A program made the translations under genes and the position numbers. From the NCBI GenBank assembly GCA_963762565.1, contig CAVXLD010000010.1, forward strand, positions 288,001 to 352,000: a DNA stretch of 64,000 nt, written 5' to 3'. The notes below the pieces were generated by a model that was not told the DNA's origin, did not search any database, and worked only from the letters and a program-made list of their open reading frames with translations. Positions 19,435 to 29,519 of this stretch are shown in pieces. This stretch comes from an uncultured Verrucomicrobiae bacterium (GTDB taxonomy: Bacteria; Verrucomicrobiota; Verrucomicrobiia; Chthoniobacterales; JAFAMB01). Position 1 is the first letter of the stretch. The number at the start of each line of letters is the position of its first letter.

Positions 19435-19728
19435 TTACCGGCGCCAGCCGCCGCGCCAACCCCCATGCCAGCCACCGCGCCAACCTCCACGCCAGCCCCA
19501 GCCGCCACGCCAGCCCCATCCGCCGTGCCAGTAGCCCCAGTAAGGACGGCCCCAGCCCCAACCACCATACCAGGATGGGTAGGGATAGTAGGCCGGCCCA
19601 TAAGACGGGCCTCCATAGTAAGCAGGGGCAGGGGCAGCCGAAACGGCTACTCCCGCGTCAGCTTTGCTAGGGACTAAGCAGAAAAGACCGGCGACAGCGA
19701 GGATCAATAACAGAAACCTCTTCATCAT
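19435..19728 (-). CDS. Small secreted Gly/Trp/Arg/Tyr-rich protein (97 aa)
   Basis: GAGGAG RBS, signal peptide MMKRFLLL..ADA, (GGW[RH])n tail, own terminator. Confidence 0.8.
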   Translation of the reverse strand: MMKRFLLLILAVAGLFCLVPSKADAGVAVSAAPAPAYYGGPSYGPAYYPYPSWYGGWGWGRPYWGYWHGGWGWRGGWGWRGGWRGGWHGGWRGGWRR

Positions 19729-19906
19729 TTTTACTCCTCTAATTTCCATCAAACTAATATCAATAAGCTTGCCTGCGGGCGAAGGTGACCCCTCGATCAT
19801 GACAGGCGGGCCACTCAATGAGACGTGATCAGTCACATTCCAGTTACAGCCGGACAAACGAGGACGATTTACGATAGAGCGACGCCCGCTGCTCCTCCTG
19901 GCTCCC

Positions 19907-20198
19907 AGTGTCCTGTCCCATAAATAACGTGGCTTTCGCCGTCGGTCAGTTGGCTGTTTTTCAAGGCGCGAGCGAAGCGCCCATATCTGGTTCATACGGG
20001 TCGAGCGAGCAACGCGGAAAAACAGCCAACTGGCCACGGCCCGGACGGTTGCGATGAAAATGGGCCGGCGGCTGCGTTGCTCGTCGGTTACGTATCGATC
20101 TAGATATGCGCCCTCTACCGCCAGTCCGGCTCGGACCGCCTTGCCGGCGGCCCATTTTGATCGCAACGAAAGCCACGTTATTTATGGGACAGGACACT
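19907..20198. mobile_element. 292-bp MITE-like element with 32-bp perfect terminal IRs
   Basis: AGTGTCCTGTCCCATAAATAACGTGGCTTTCG at 19907-19938 and its reverse complement at 20167-20198; splits a CCTAG heptamer array. Confidence 0.8.
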
Positions 20199-20227
20199 AG
20201 ATTCTCGATCCTAGCTCCTCTTTTCAC

Positions 20228-20256
20228 TTGACGCCCCAGCCCGAGAACAGCATCTT
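20228..20256 (+). promoter_or_regulatory. Candidate sigma70 promoter of rpmB
   Basis: TTGACG-N17-CATCTT 26 bp before the start codon. Confidence 0.4.
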
Positions 20257-20282
20257 TCCGCTCTTTTCGAAAAAGGGGTTCT

Positions 20283-20546
20283 ATGTCTAGAGTCTGCAGC
20301 ATCACCGGGGCAAAGCCCAGCAAGGGGCACATCATCCATCGTCGTGGTATGGCCAAGAAAAAAGGCGGCGTGGGCCAACATGTCACGGCAAACACACCAC
20401 GGCTTTTTGTACCGAATCTTAAGACTCGGCGGATCTGGGTACCCGAGCTCGAGCGTTTTGTAACCGTGAAGTTAAGCGCGCGCGCGCTCAAAACCGTCGC
20501 CAAAAACGGCGCCTATCAAACTCTCAAAGCAGCCGGCTTAGTTTGA
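20283..20546 (+). CDS. rpmB: 50S ribosomal protein bL28
   Basis: MSRVCSITG..RLFVPNL..LSARALKT. Confidence 0.95.
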   Translation: MSRVCSITGAKPSKGHIIHRRGMAKKKGGVGQHVTANTPRLFVPNLKTRRIWVPELERFVTVKLSARALKTVAKNGAYQTLKAAGLV

Positions 20547-20586
20547 AACAGCCTGCATCGCTCATCCGGTGGCTACCGGATGAGCG

Positions 20587-21555
20587 ATGCAAGCTGTAGA
20601 AAAGCGAAAGATTATTCCGGTGAGTGTCTTGACCGGGTTCTTGGGAGCCGGGAAAACGACACTCGTAAACCACATCTTGCGAGAACAGTCCGAATATAAA
20701 TTCGGTCTGATCATCAACGAGATCGGGGAAATTGGCATCGACGGCCAATTAGTCCAGACCGAGACCGAAGATGTGGTGGAGATGAGCAATGGCTGCATTT
20801 GTTGCACCATTAGAAAAGACCTGGTTAAAGGCATTCAAAAGCTCCTCAAAAGAGGCAACCTGGACTATATCCTGATCGAAACAACCGGGATCGCGGACCC
20901 TGGGCCGGTCGCGCAAACGTTTCTGAACGTCCCGCAACTTCAACAATACGCGCGGCTCGATTCGATTATCACGCTCGTCGATGCCGAGAATATTCGTCAC
21001 CAGCTCAAGGAGACTACGGTCGCGAAAGAGCAGGTCGCGTTAGCGGACTTTATCCTGTTGAACAAAACCGATTTGGTCAGCCAACAGGAACTGACTGCGG
21101 TGGAAGAATCACTCGCAACCATCAATCCGTTCGCCCGGGTGTTCCGGACTGAACACTCGAAGGTGAACTTGAAGGAGTTGCTCGACGTTGACGTCTTCAA
21201 TCTTGATCAGAAGCTTTCCGTTGACCCGGAATTCTTAAACGAATTGAAGAACGGCGAACATTCCGACATCAATTCTTTCTCATTCAAGTTCGATCGGCCG
21301 TTTGAAATTGAGGAATTTGATGAGCAGCTACAGTCGATCTGCGAAGGGAGTCAGGTTTATCGGGCCAAAGGCATCATCTGGGTCAGCGGTAATCCGCGGC
21401 GAGCGGTCTTCCACGGCGTTAACAACCGGTTCACTATCTATTGGGATAGACTGTGGGAAAAAGAAGAGCCTCGTTTCAGCCAGCTCGTCTTTATCGGCAA
21501 AGATCTGCAAAAAGAAACCTTCGCGGAGAAGCTCGAAGATTGTTTGGCAGGGTAA
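20587..21555 (+). CDS. COG0523/CobW-family metallochaperone GTPase
   Basis: GFLGAGKTT, GCICC, IETTGIADP, LNKTDL, RAKG. Confidence 0.92.
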   Translation: MQAVEKRKIIPVSVLTGFLGAGKTTLVNHILREQSEYKFGLIINEIGEIGIDGQLVQTETEDVVEMSNGCICCTIRKDLVKGIQKLLKRGNLDYILIETTGIADPGPVAQTFLNVPQLQQYARLDSIITLVDAENIRHQLKETTVAKEQVALADFILLNKTDLVSQQELTAVEESLATINPFARVFRTEHSKVNLKELLDVDVFNLDQKLSVDPEFLNELKNGEHSDINSFSFKFDRPFEIEEFDEQLQSICEGSQVYRAKGIIWVSGNPRRAVFHGVNNRFTIYWDRLWEKEEPRFSQLVFIGKDLQKETFAEKLEDCLAG

Positions 21556-21562
21556 GTGTTGT

Positions 21563-21815
21563 TAGGGCAAGGCTGCCGTAATTTGGTGGGGCGAGGCTCC
21601 GGAATAGCCGAAAAAGCGACGCAGCGCAGAATAACGTTTCGTCGGCATATCGGAAGCAACACCTGAAAACTGCCGAGCCGTGGGTCGCGCAACGCACGGC
21701 TCGGCAGCTTCTAGGTGTTGCTCACTCTAGACCAACGAAACATTTTCTGGCGCTGCGCTTACCGAAGGGCTGTTCCGGAGCCTCGCCCTACCAACTTTGG
21801 CGGGCCTCGCCCTAC
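21563..21815. repeat. Family B element with doubled outer arms
   Basis: TTGGTGGGGCGAGGCTCCGGAATAGCC / GGCTGTTCCGGAGCCTCGCCCTACCAA, inner CTGCCGAGCCGTG IR, extra outer TAGGGCAAGGC/GCCTCGCCCTA. Confidence 0.8.
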
Positions 21816-21819
21816 CTAT

Positions 21820-22821
21820 CTACGATTTCGCCGTGTCGCGCTGGGACTCGATCGAAGCCAGGTCGGCATCGACCATGATACGAACGAGTTCCTCAAATCG
21901 GACTTGAGGTTCCCAGTTCAACATCTTCTTCGCTTTGGTGGCATCGCCGATCAGCAGATCAACCTCGGCCGGGCGTTCATACCTACCGTCGTGTTTGACA
22001 AACTCTTTCCAATCAAGCCCAACTCGCTCAAACGCCAGCTCCACAAATTCACGAACGCTGTGGGTCTCATTGGTGGCCAGGATATAATCGTCAGGCCGAT
22101 CTTGTTGGAGCATCAGCCACATTCCCTGAACGTATTCAGGCGCGTATCCCCAGTCGCGTCTGGCATCAAGGTTTCCCAGATAAAGGGCTTTATCTAACCC
22201 ACATTTAATTCGAGCAACGGCTCGCGAGATCTTCCTGGTAACAAACGTCTCCCCTCGCCTGGGACTTTCGTGGTTAAAAAGGATCCCGTTGCTCGCATGC
22301 AACCCGTAGCTCTCCCGATAATTCACGGTTGCCCAATAGGAAAACACCTTGGCCACTCCATAAGGACTCCTTGGCCAAAAAGGTGTTCTTTCCGTTTGCG
22401 GCACTTCCTGTACTTTGCCGAACATCTCACTGCTGGAAGCTTGATAAAAACGGGGCTTAACTCCGGATTCGCGAATGGCCTCTAGAATTCGAATCGTACC
22501 GATGCCGGTGACATCCGCCGTATACTCTGGGATATCGAAGCTCACGCGAACGTGACTCTGGGCTCCCAAGTGGTAGATCTCGTCGGGCTGGAGCTTGTAA
22601 AGGAGCTTTACCAGGTGGCCTGAATCCGCCAGATCGCCGTAATGAAGAAAGAGCCGGACTCCGTGCACATGGGGGTCCTGGTAGAGGTGATCGATTCGTG
22701 AAGTGTTAAAGGTGCTGGCTCGACGAATGATCCCGTGTACCTCGTAATCTTTGCCGAGTAAAAAATCCGCCAGGTACGAACCGTCTTGGCCCGTGATTCC
22801 AGTGATTAAAGCGCGTTTCAC
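21820..22821 (-). CDS. gmd: GDP-mannose 4,6-dehydratase
   Basis: [39 protein letters not shown]. Confidence 0.96.
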   Translation of the reverse strand: MKRALITGITGQDGSYLADFLLGKDYEVHGIIRRASTFNTSRIDHLYQDPHVHGVRLFLHYGDLADSGHLVKLLYKLQPDEIYHLGAQSHVRVSFDIPEYTADVTGIGTIRILEAIRESGVKPRFYQASSSEMFGKVQEVPQTERTPFWPRSPYGVAKVFSYWATVNYRESYGLHASNGILFNHESPRRGETFVTRKISRAVARIKCGLDKALYLGNLDARRDWGYAPEYVQGMWLMLQQDRPDDYILATNETHSVREFVELAFERVGLDWKEFVKHDGRYERPAEVDLLIGDATKAKKMLNWEPQVRFEELVRIMVDADLASIESQRDTAKS

Positions 22822-22839
22822 TAAGTGTTTGAATCTCTA

Positions 22840-23619
22840 CTAGTCTATTTCGGGAATTCCAGGCGCCAGATCATGCAGAATCCGTCTCTGATGCTCAATG
22901 ATCCCGGCGATGGCTCGTTGACCGGCTGCTAACATCCCCGAAAGATCCGTTCCAGAAAAGGTTGCTTCTTCACCCGTCCCTTGAATCTCGATAAATTCTC
23001 CGCGATGACTCATCACCAAGTTAAGATCAACGGTGGCTTTCTTATCTTCCTTGTAATCCAAGTCAACGAACACCTGGCCCTCAACCATACCGACACTGAC
23101 CGCAGCGACCAAGGAACGCAAAGGCCATTTTTCGAGAGTGCCGGCAGCCATTAGTTTAGCAAAGGCAAGAGCAACTGCGACGGTCGCTCCCGAGATTGCG
23201 GCCGTCCGAGTTCCTCCGTCGGCCCGCAATACATCGCAATCCACCCAGACTGTGCGCGGCCCAAGCAGATCGAGATCGATCGCGGCTCTCAGCGAGCGTC
23301 CAATCAATCGTTGAATCTCAACCCCACGGCCGTCGAGTTTCCCTTTTGAAACATCTCGTGGCCGCCGCGTAAGGGTCGAATAAGGCAGCATTGAATATTC
23401 GGCCGTAATCCACCCCCCGAGAACGTTCTGCTCCTTCATCCAACGGGGTACGGTGTCCTCCAAGCACACCGCACAAATGACCTGCGTGTCGCCGGTTGAC
23501 ACCAAAACCGACCCACTGGCGTGGGGAGCGATGTTCGGCACGATTTTGAACGAACGCGCCTGATCGGACGATCGATCCTCAGAGCGTTGAATTACTGGTA
23601 TAGCCGGGTGTTCCTCCAT
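22840..23619 (-). CDS. rph: Ribonuclease PH
   Basis: GWITAEYSMLP, EIQRLIGRSLR, DCDVLRADGGTRTA. Confidence 0.95.
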   Translation of the reverse strand: MEEHPAIPVIQRSEDRSSDQARSFKIVPNIAPHASGSVLVSTGDTQVICAVCLEDTVPRWMKEQNVLGGWITAEYSMLPYSTLTRRPRDVSKGKLDGRGVEIQRLIGRSLRAAIDLDLLGPRTVWVDCDVLRADGGTRTAAISGATVAVALAFAKLMAAGTLEKWPLRSLVAAVSVGMVEGQVFVDLDYKEDKKATVDLNLVMSHRGEFIEIQGTGEEATFSGTDLSGMLAAGQRAIAGIIEHQRRILHDLAPGIPEID

Positions 23620-23645
23620 AGCGCGAAACGGCCAAGGATAGGAGA

Positions 23646-23987
23646 GGAGTTCAAGGAGTTCAAGGAGTTCAAGAACAGGTAGGGCGAGGCTCCGGAATCG
23701 GGGGTCGCCACCCGTGGAGCGCTGCCTCGCTTGCGAGGCCGATGGTGAGCAAGGGGAAATGTGACTCAGGCTAAAAAATGTGGCTGCGCTCTGTATGCTG
23801 GCGTGATTTCGGTGTTTGGTTTCTCTAGGTCCCTAAGCGGCGAAAATTGCACACGCTCAATAGCGCTGGCAGCCGACAAGCCTGCGACATCTGTGCCCCT
23901 GCTCACCATCGGCCTCGCAAGCGAGGCAGCGCTCCCCGGGTGGCGACCCCTATCCCAGGAGCCTCGCCGTACCGGTCCTTGAACTCC
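23646..23987. repeat. Three-layer nested palindrome: 9-mer GGAGTTCAA arms > family B (23679-23972) > GGAG-CGCTGCCTCGC doublet (23716-23935)
   Basis: 36-bp perfect IR 23716-23751/23900-23935 inside GTAGGGCGAGGCTCC/GGAGCCTCGCCGTAC inside GGAGTTCAA/TTGAACTCC. Confidence 0.85.
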
Positions 23988-24018
23988 GTCCCCCTCTAGT
24001 GGATGCTGCCTGCCGCTA

Positions 24019-24873
24019 ATGGAAGTCTTTGTTCAGGTCCCGGCATCGACCACCAATCTTGGTCCTGGCTTCGATTGCCTCGGCGTGGCCCTACAATTAT
24101 GGAACCGAACCCGAGTTCGCTGCGTCAACGGTTCAAGCCCGTCACTCAGCCCCCGTCCCAAGATGGTCGACGAAGCCGCCCAAGCTTTTTTCTCCAATTC
24201 CACTATTACTCCTTTCGAATTTGATTGGAGCTTACAAGGGGACGTGCCTCCAGCTCGGGGTCTGGGTAGCAGTGTGACTTTGCGGTTGGGCGTGCTCATG
24301 GGGCTCAACCAGCTCGCCGGCAATATTTATTCTACATTGGAGCTCAAACAGCTTTGTGACCGGCTGGAAGGCCACCCCGATAACACGGCCGCGGCGCTGA
24401 ACGGCGGTTTCACCGTGGTCAATGCCCGCAGGAAAGCGGTCCAGCGTTTTGATGTGTCCTCAGATCTCCATTTCGTGTTATTCATCCCGGACTTCGAAGT
24501 CGCAACTTCGGAAGCTAGGAAAGTATTGCCCGCAACCTATTCAAGGTCGGATATCGTGGAGAATCTCGCTAACGTCGCACTGATCGCCACAGCATTTGCC
24601 ACTCAGGACTACGAGTCTTTGCGCGGTGCGTTCACCGACCGCTTACATGAACCGTACCGAGAACCGTTGGTACCGATGTTGCGCGATGTGGTAAGCGCCG
24701 GTCAAAAGGCAGGCGCGCTCGGCGGTTTTTTGAGCGGCTCCGGTTCAACCGTTGCTTGTTTGACCACCCAAGATCCGCAACCGGTCGCGGACGCCATGCA
24801 AGCCGCCGCCGGAAAGGCCAAAGGCAAGATCACTATCGTGCAGGCCGATAATTCCGGCGCCCAGATCTTATAA
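24019..24873 (+). CDS. thrB: Homoserine kinase
   Basis: PASTTNLGPGFDCLG, PARGLGSS, EGHPDN, LSGSG. Confidence 0.95.
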   Translation: MEVFVQVPASTTNLGPGFDCLGVALQLWNRTRVRCVNGSSPSLSPRPKMVDEAAQAFFSNSTITPFEFDWSLQGDVPPARGLGSSVTLRLGVLMGLNQLAGNIYSTLELKQLCDRLEGHPDNTAAALNGGFTVVNARRKAVQRFDVSSDLHFVLFIPDFEVATSEARKVLPATYSRSDIVENLANVALIATAFATQDYESLRGAFTDRLHEPYREPLVPMLRDVVSAGQKAGALGGFLSGSGSTVACLTTQDPQPVADAMQAAAGKAKGKITIVQADNSGAQIL

Positions 24874-24885
24874 AGGAGATTCAAG

Positions 24886-26082
24886 ATGCCCGGTCGACTG
24901 GATGAACTCGAACAATACGCGATCGATGTCATTCTCGAGCGCCGCCACGGGATCCGGCCCAGCCTTCTCAGAATCACTCTCCGGCTCCTTTCTCATTTGT
25001 ATCTAGGGCTTGTCCAATTGCGCATTTATCTTTACCGGACCAGGATCTTAAGAGACCGCCAGCTCGGTTGTCTGGTAATCAGCATCGGCAATCTGACCGT
25101 CGGTGGAACTGGAAAGACGCCGGTCGTAGAAAAGTTTGCCCGCGCTTTGCAAAAGGGCGGCCGCCGGGTGGCGATCCTGAGCCGCGGATACAAGAGCGTT
25201 GATAGTCGAAAAAAGAAAACCTGGCTCGAAAAGATTTTGCGGAAAGGCGGTCAAACGCCGCCTCGGGTGGTATCGGATGGCCGGCGGATTCTGCTCGATT
25301 CAGCCAGTGCCGGAGACGAGCCCTATATGCTCGCGTCGAATCTCAAAGGCGTCGCCGTCGTGGTCGACAAGGACCGGGTTAAAGGTGGTCTGCATGCCAT
25401 AAAAGCGCTGCGCGCCGACACCCTTCTCCTCGATGACGGTCTTCAATACCTGCACCTCAAACATCGGCTCGATATCGTCCTGATCGACCGTCAAGCGCCG
25501 TTTGGAAACGAGTACCTTCTGCCGCGAGGCACGCTGCGCGAACCACCCAAGAATCTTCAGCGGGCCAACTATATCTTCATAACCAAGTGCAACGAAGAAC
25601 CGAACGACGAACTAATCGCGAGGATTCGTAAATACAATCGAACAGCCGAGATCATCGAATGCGCTCATAAGCCGCTCTATTTGCGACACCTTTACAAGGA
25701 TGAACGCCTTCCGCTGGATTATCTGCAGGGTTTATACATAGGCTCCGTTTGTGGAATCGCTGCTCCGGAAAGCTTTGAAAACGGGCTCCGGCAGTTGGGA
25801 GCACGCATCGAACTCTCGCGCAAATTCGCCGACCACCACCGGTACACCGAAGCCGAGCTCCAGAGCTTCCTGCAACGCTGCGTGAAACGTGACGTCAGTG
25901 CGGTGGTCACAACGGAAAAGGACGCCGTCCGATTCCCGGCCATCAGCCCATTGCCGCTTCCAGCCTACTACCTGAGAGTCGAGATCGAGATACTTCGTGG
26001 AGACGAGACCTGGGAACAATGCGTACAACGCATCTGCTCGCCTCGTAGCCTGCAACGTCCCCGGCAACTCTCCTACCTGTGA
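24886..26082 (+). CDS. lpxK: Tetraacyldisaccharide 4'-kinase
   Basis: [39 protein letters not shown]. Confidence 0.95.
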   Translation: MPGRLDELEQYAIDVILERRHGIRPSLLRITLRLLSHLYLGLVQLRIYLYRTRILRDRQLGCLVISIGNLTVGGTGKTPVVEKFARALQKGGRRVAILSRGYKSVDSRKKKTWLEKILRKGGQTPPRVVSDGRRILLDSASAGDEPYMLASNLKGVAVVVDKDRVKGGLHAIKALRADTLLLDDGLQYLHLKHRLDIVLIDRQAPFGNEYLLPRGTLREPPKNLQRANYIFITKCNEEPNDELIARIRKYNRTAEIIECAHKPLYLRHLYKDERLPLDYLQGLYIGSVCGIAAPESFENGLRQLGARIELSRKFADHHRYTEAELQSFLQRCVKRDVSAVVTTEKDAVRFPAISPLPLPAYYLRVEIEILRGDETWEQCVQRICSPRSLQRPRQLSYL

Positions 26083-26161
26083 ACGCGATCGGCTTTCACA
26101 ATTCTAATTCGGCCAGTCACTTAAACAAAACGCCCTGAACCTTGTCTAACGGGGCAGCTTC

Positions 26162-27196
26162 ATGCAATCGCGCCACAACAAATTGAGGATAGGAATTGTC
26201 GGTGCCGGAAGTATCGTTAAAAAGCGCCACCTCCCCGCACTGAATCAGATCGAAGACGTCAAGATTGTGGGGGTCTGCAACTCCAGCTACGAAAGCTCAG
26301 AAAAGTTCTGTTCCCAATTTCTTCCAGAGGCGAAGCCTTACGCGAATTGGGCTGAATTGCTCGCTGAACCGGACATTGATATCATCTGGATCGGGACCTC
26401 TCCTTACTTACACGCCACGATAGCGGTTTCGGCGCTTGAAGCGGGGAAACATGTGTTCTGTCAGGCTAGGATGGCAATGAACCTAGTAGAAGCCGAAGAG
26501 ATGTGCGCCGCTTTGCAGCGACATCCGCATCTGGTCACCATGCTTTGCCCACCGCCGCATGGACTCCGCGGGAGCCGATTGATCCAGAAACTGATGGCCG
26601 ACGAGTATGTCGGCCGGCCGCATCACCTCCGTTTACACAGTTTTAGCGCAGAATATCTGGACCTGGACGCTCCTCCGCATTGGCGACAACGAGATGAATA
26701 TTCGGGCCTCAATGTCCTCACACTCGGGATCTACGCTGAAGTTCTTCAGCGTTGGTTCGGCCCGATTTCCAGTCTCGTGGCTCATCGAAAAACGATCGCG
26801 CCTTTGCGGCAGACCTACGAGGTCCGAATCCCGGATATGGTGACAGTCCTTTGCACCTTCACTAACGGCATAGAAGGCGTTCTTGAATTCAGCGGGATTG
26901 TTCCGCTTCCTGCACCTGACCGATTAGAGCTTTATGGTCATCGAGGAAGGTTGGCGTACGACTTTTCAAAGGACGTGATAACTGGAGCCCAGTTGGGTGA
27001 TTCTGCGCCGGCTGCGATTCCGGTCCCACCAGAATTAGAGCAAACTTGGCGGGTTGAAGCCGATTTTATTGCCGCCGTCCGGTCTCCTGGCGGAATCTTG
27101 CCTCAACCCGGCTTCGGCGAAGGGCTGCAATATATGAAGGTGGTCCAGGCGGTCGCCGATTCCATCGATCAGGGCCGGGAAATCGAAATAGTGTAA
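26162..27196 (+). CDS. Gfo/Idh/MocA-family oxidoreductase
   Basis: IGIVGAGSI Rossmann fold, ALEAGKHVFCQ. Confidence 0.88.
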   Translation: MQSRHNKLRIGIVGAGSIVKKRHLPALNQIEDVKIVGVCNSSYESSEKFCSQFLPEAKPYANWAELLAEPDIDIIWIGTSPYLHATIAVSALEAGKHVFCQARMAMNLVEAEEMCAALQRHPHLVTMLCPPPHGLRGSRLIQKLMADEYVGRPHHLRLHSFSAEYLDLDAPPHWRQRDEYSGLNVLTLGIYAEVLQRWFGPISSLVAHRKTIAPLRQTYEVRIPDMVTVLCTFTNGIEGVLEFSGIVPLPAPDRLELYGHRGRLAYDFSKDVITGAQLGDSAPAAIPVPPELEQTWRVEADFIAAVRSPGGILPQPGFGEGLQYMKVVQAVADSIDQGREIEIV

Positions 27197-27583
27197 ATCG
27201 TAATCGTTCTCGTTCTCGTCGTCGTCCTCGTCCTCGAAGGGTTTGTGAACGCCGGACGAGCTTGCGGATTCCACCCGCCCTGGAGCCCTGGAGGGGAGCC
27301 GCTTTATAATATTGCAGCTCTATCGGTTGGCAGCAGGCGGCTCCCACGAACGTCTCCACGTGATGCAGTTCTATCGCGAGTCGCGTTCTCACGGCAACGG
27401 AACAGATACGATGGGGAAACATCACGCTGGGTAGTTCCCGGGAGCCGCCCGCTAACAACGTTTGTCGGCCAGATCCTGCCCTGAGGCGAATATCGTGAGG
27501 TCGCCTCGCACGTGCCAAAGCGGCTCCCCTCCAGGTCCTGGGCAGCTACACGCGTTGTCCCCAAACCTTTCGAGGACGACAAC
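27197..27583. repeat. CGTC-rich arms enclosing family A doublet (27290-27532)
   Basis: GTCCTCGAAGGGTTT/AAACCTTTCGAGGAC outer IR and four family A half-sites. Confidence 0.82.
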
Positions 27584-27600
27584 AGCTCGCCGACGCTCGC

Positions 27601-28926
27601 CTACTCCGGCGCCACAGCCGCCGGCACCATGATGGCGTCTCGCATCCCGTGCACAATCTTTTTGTCCGGCGGAACAATGGTCGCTAGAACGCCTCCCAGA
27701 ACCACGTCCCGTGGAGAAACCACGAAGTAATAAGGGCAAAGACGAACCCTTCCGCGTAGAACCCGGATTTCGCCGCTTTGTACATCCAAGTATTTCTGCT
27801 CGAAAAGCCCTCCCCGATAAAAACGCTGCAAAATATACGGATTCGTTGAAAACGCTGCTAACGCCTTATCGATTTGCTCGGCCCAAATGTGGTGTGGCAA
27901 ATCGGGTGCGATATGGACGCCTCGGCTGCCCCAAGCCCGCTCCGAGAACCCGCTGATTTTGAGAACGAGTTCCCGTTCCTTTTGGCTGAACTCCTTGAGC
28001 TCCTTCCAATCTTGAACTTCTAGACCCGGGATCACGGCATTATGCGGCAAAGGGGTTGGATCCAAAATCCAGGTGTGAGGAAAGAAGCGGCGCAACAACC
28101 GCCAGTGCCGGTCACTAAGTTCGCGACGCCAGAACTGGGTTAACGGCCTCGACCAGAACAAACCAAACGCCAACTTTTCTTCTAAGAAAGGTTTTAGCGG
28201 CGGGGTGACTTGCAGGTTCCCTTTATGGATACCGTCAAACAGTTGTTCTCTGTAGCGCAGCTTACCAAGATCGAACAACTCGAAGAAACGATAGACCGGC
28301 ACATCTTGAGGAAAGGCCCAATCCTCCGCCCGGACGACTTCCCTGTCCGAGCTTCCCAGTGAGCGCAACCGCTCCACCAACCATTGCATTTCCGGCCGAT
28401 AGGTCGCTGACTCATCGGACACCGCGATGACTCCTTTTGGAAAAATCCGCCCAAACCCATTTACCATCCCGTTCCGGGTCCCGATCACGTCGAACCCTAG
28501 GTCGCTATACGTCTGATTCAGCCAGTCTGTAAGACCAATACCCCCCGGAACCGAATCTAATTCGGTGATGGTCCAACCCTGGTCAGTGAGAATGATGTCC
28601 GGCCGAATCACTGCGGGAAGGACATCGGGATTCGCGCGCGCCGCTCGAATAAGGTCAGGAGGTTTGCCAGCTTCAAAGTACTCCTTGATCCAACTCGGCT
28701 TTTTGCCCTTACAGCTTTGGAAATACAAACGGTTGGTAGCCCGGACGAATTTAAACAGCCAGTGCCCGAGGCGTTCCAGCTGGTCAACCACATCCGCAGA
28801 AAGGAGAAATGGCTCCGGAGAAACCAACCATTCTTTACCGGCAAACAAACCGGTGGCGGGCATGCTTTGCAGAACCGCGCGCGCCCGCTCCAGCTCGACG
28901 GAATTCAATGTGCTTTCGGCACTCAC
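27601..28926 (-). CDS. Uncharacterised protein with ATP-grasp/glutathionylspermidine-synthase-like motifs
   Basis: IRPDIIL..ITELDSVPGG, LVLK..G..WGSRGV, YILQRF; GTG start overlaps ruvA stop. Confidence 0.6.
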   Translation of the reverse strand: MSAESTLNSVELERARAVLQSMPATGLFAGKEWLVSPEPFLLSADVVDQLERLGHWLFKFVRATNRLYFQSCKGKKPSWIKEYFEAGKPPDLIRAARANPDVLPAVIRPDIILTDQGWTITELDSVPGGIGLTDWLNQTYSDLGFDVIGTRNGMVNGFGRIFPKGVIAVSDESATYRPEMQWLVERLRSLGSSDREVVRAEDWAFPQDVPVYRFFELFDLGKLRYREQLFDGIHKGNLQVTPPLKPFLEEKLAFGLFWSRPLTQFWRRELSDRHWRLLRRFFPHTWILDPTPLPHNAVIPGLEVQDWKELKEFSQKERELVLKISGFSERAWGSRGVHIAPDLPHHIWAEQIDKALAAFSTNPYILQRFYRGGLFEQKYLDVQSGEIRVLRGRVRLCPYYFVVSPRDVVLGGVLATIVPPDKKIVHGMRDAIMVPAAVAPE

Positions 28927-29519
28927 GCGAGTTTCTTTAGCGCTCGACGCACGAGCTCATCCGTCTCCAATTGCTCACCGGCATCGTGCACCTCGCGGAG
29001 CGCCTTTTGCGCTTCAACCTGTTTAAAGCCGAGCGAAATTAAGGCCAATACCGCATCATTCACTTTTGAAGCACCATCATGCCGGCCGGCAGCCGCCGCT
29101 TCCCAGGCTGCTGCGACACCGACCTTATCTTTCAATTCAAGAACAATTCGTTCCGCAGTCTTTTTCCCGAGACCGCTGATCCGGGCCAGCGCGACGATAT
29201 CATGATTCACAACCGCGGACTTGAATTGGGAAACACTCATACCGCTAAGCACCGCCAAGGCGAGCTTTGGCCCCACCCCAGTGACGTGTTGAAGTAGCAA
29301 ACGGAACAAGTCCCTCTCCGCAGAGCTCAAGAAACCAAACAAAAGATGCGCGTCCTCTCGTACCACCAAATGAGTCAACAACCGTACCCGCTGACCCACG
29401 GGAGGCAGATGTTCAAAACTGGAGAGTGGAATTTGCGCTAAGTAACCAACCCCATGTACAGAAACGATGACTTGAGTTGGCCAAGCCTCGGCTAGCTCAC
29501 CATCCAGAAAAGCAATCAT
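28923..29519 (-). CDS. ruvA: Holliday junction branch migration protein RuvA
   Basis: VHGVGY, VREDAHLLFGF, GVGPKLAL, GLGKKTAERIVLEL. Confidence 0.96.
   Translation of the reverse strand: MIAFLDGELAEAWPTQVIVSVHGVGYLAQIPLSSFEHLPPVGQRVRLLTHLVVREDAHLLFGFLSSAERDLFRLLLQHVTGVGPKLALAVLSGMSVSQFKSAVVNHDIVALARISGLGKKTAERIVLELKDKVGVAAAWEAAAAGRHDGASKVNDAVLALISLGFKQVEAQKALREVHDAGEQLETDELVRRALKKLA

Noticed and set aside
19729..20503. ORF extension 19729-20166 and ORF 19961-20503 as a transposase
   Set aside because: No DDE or HUH motifs; these read through the MITE and antisense to rpmB
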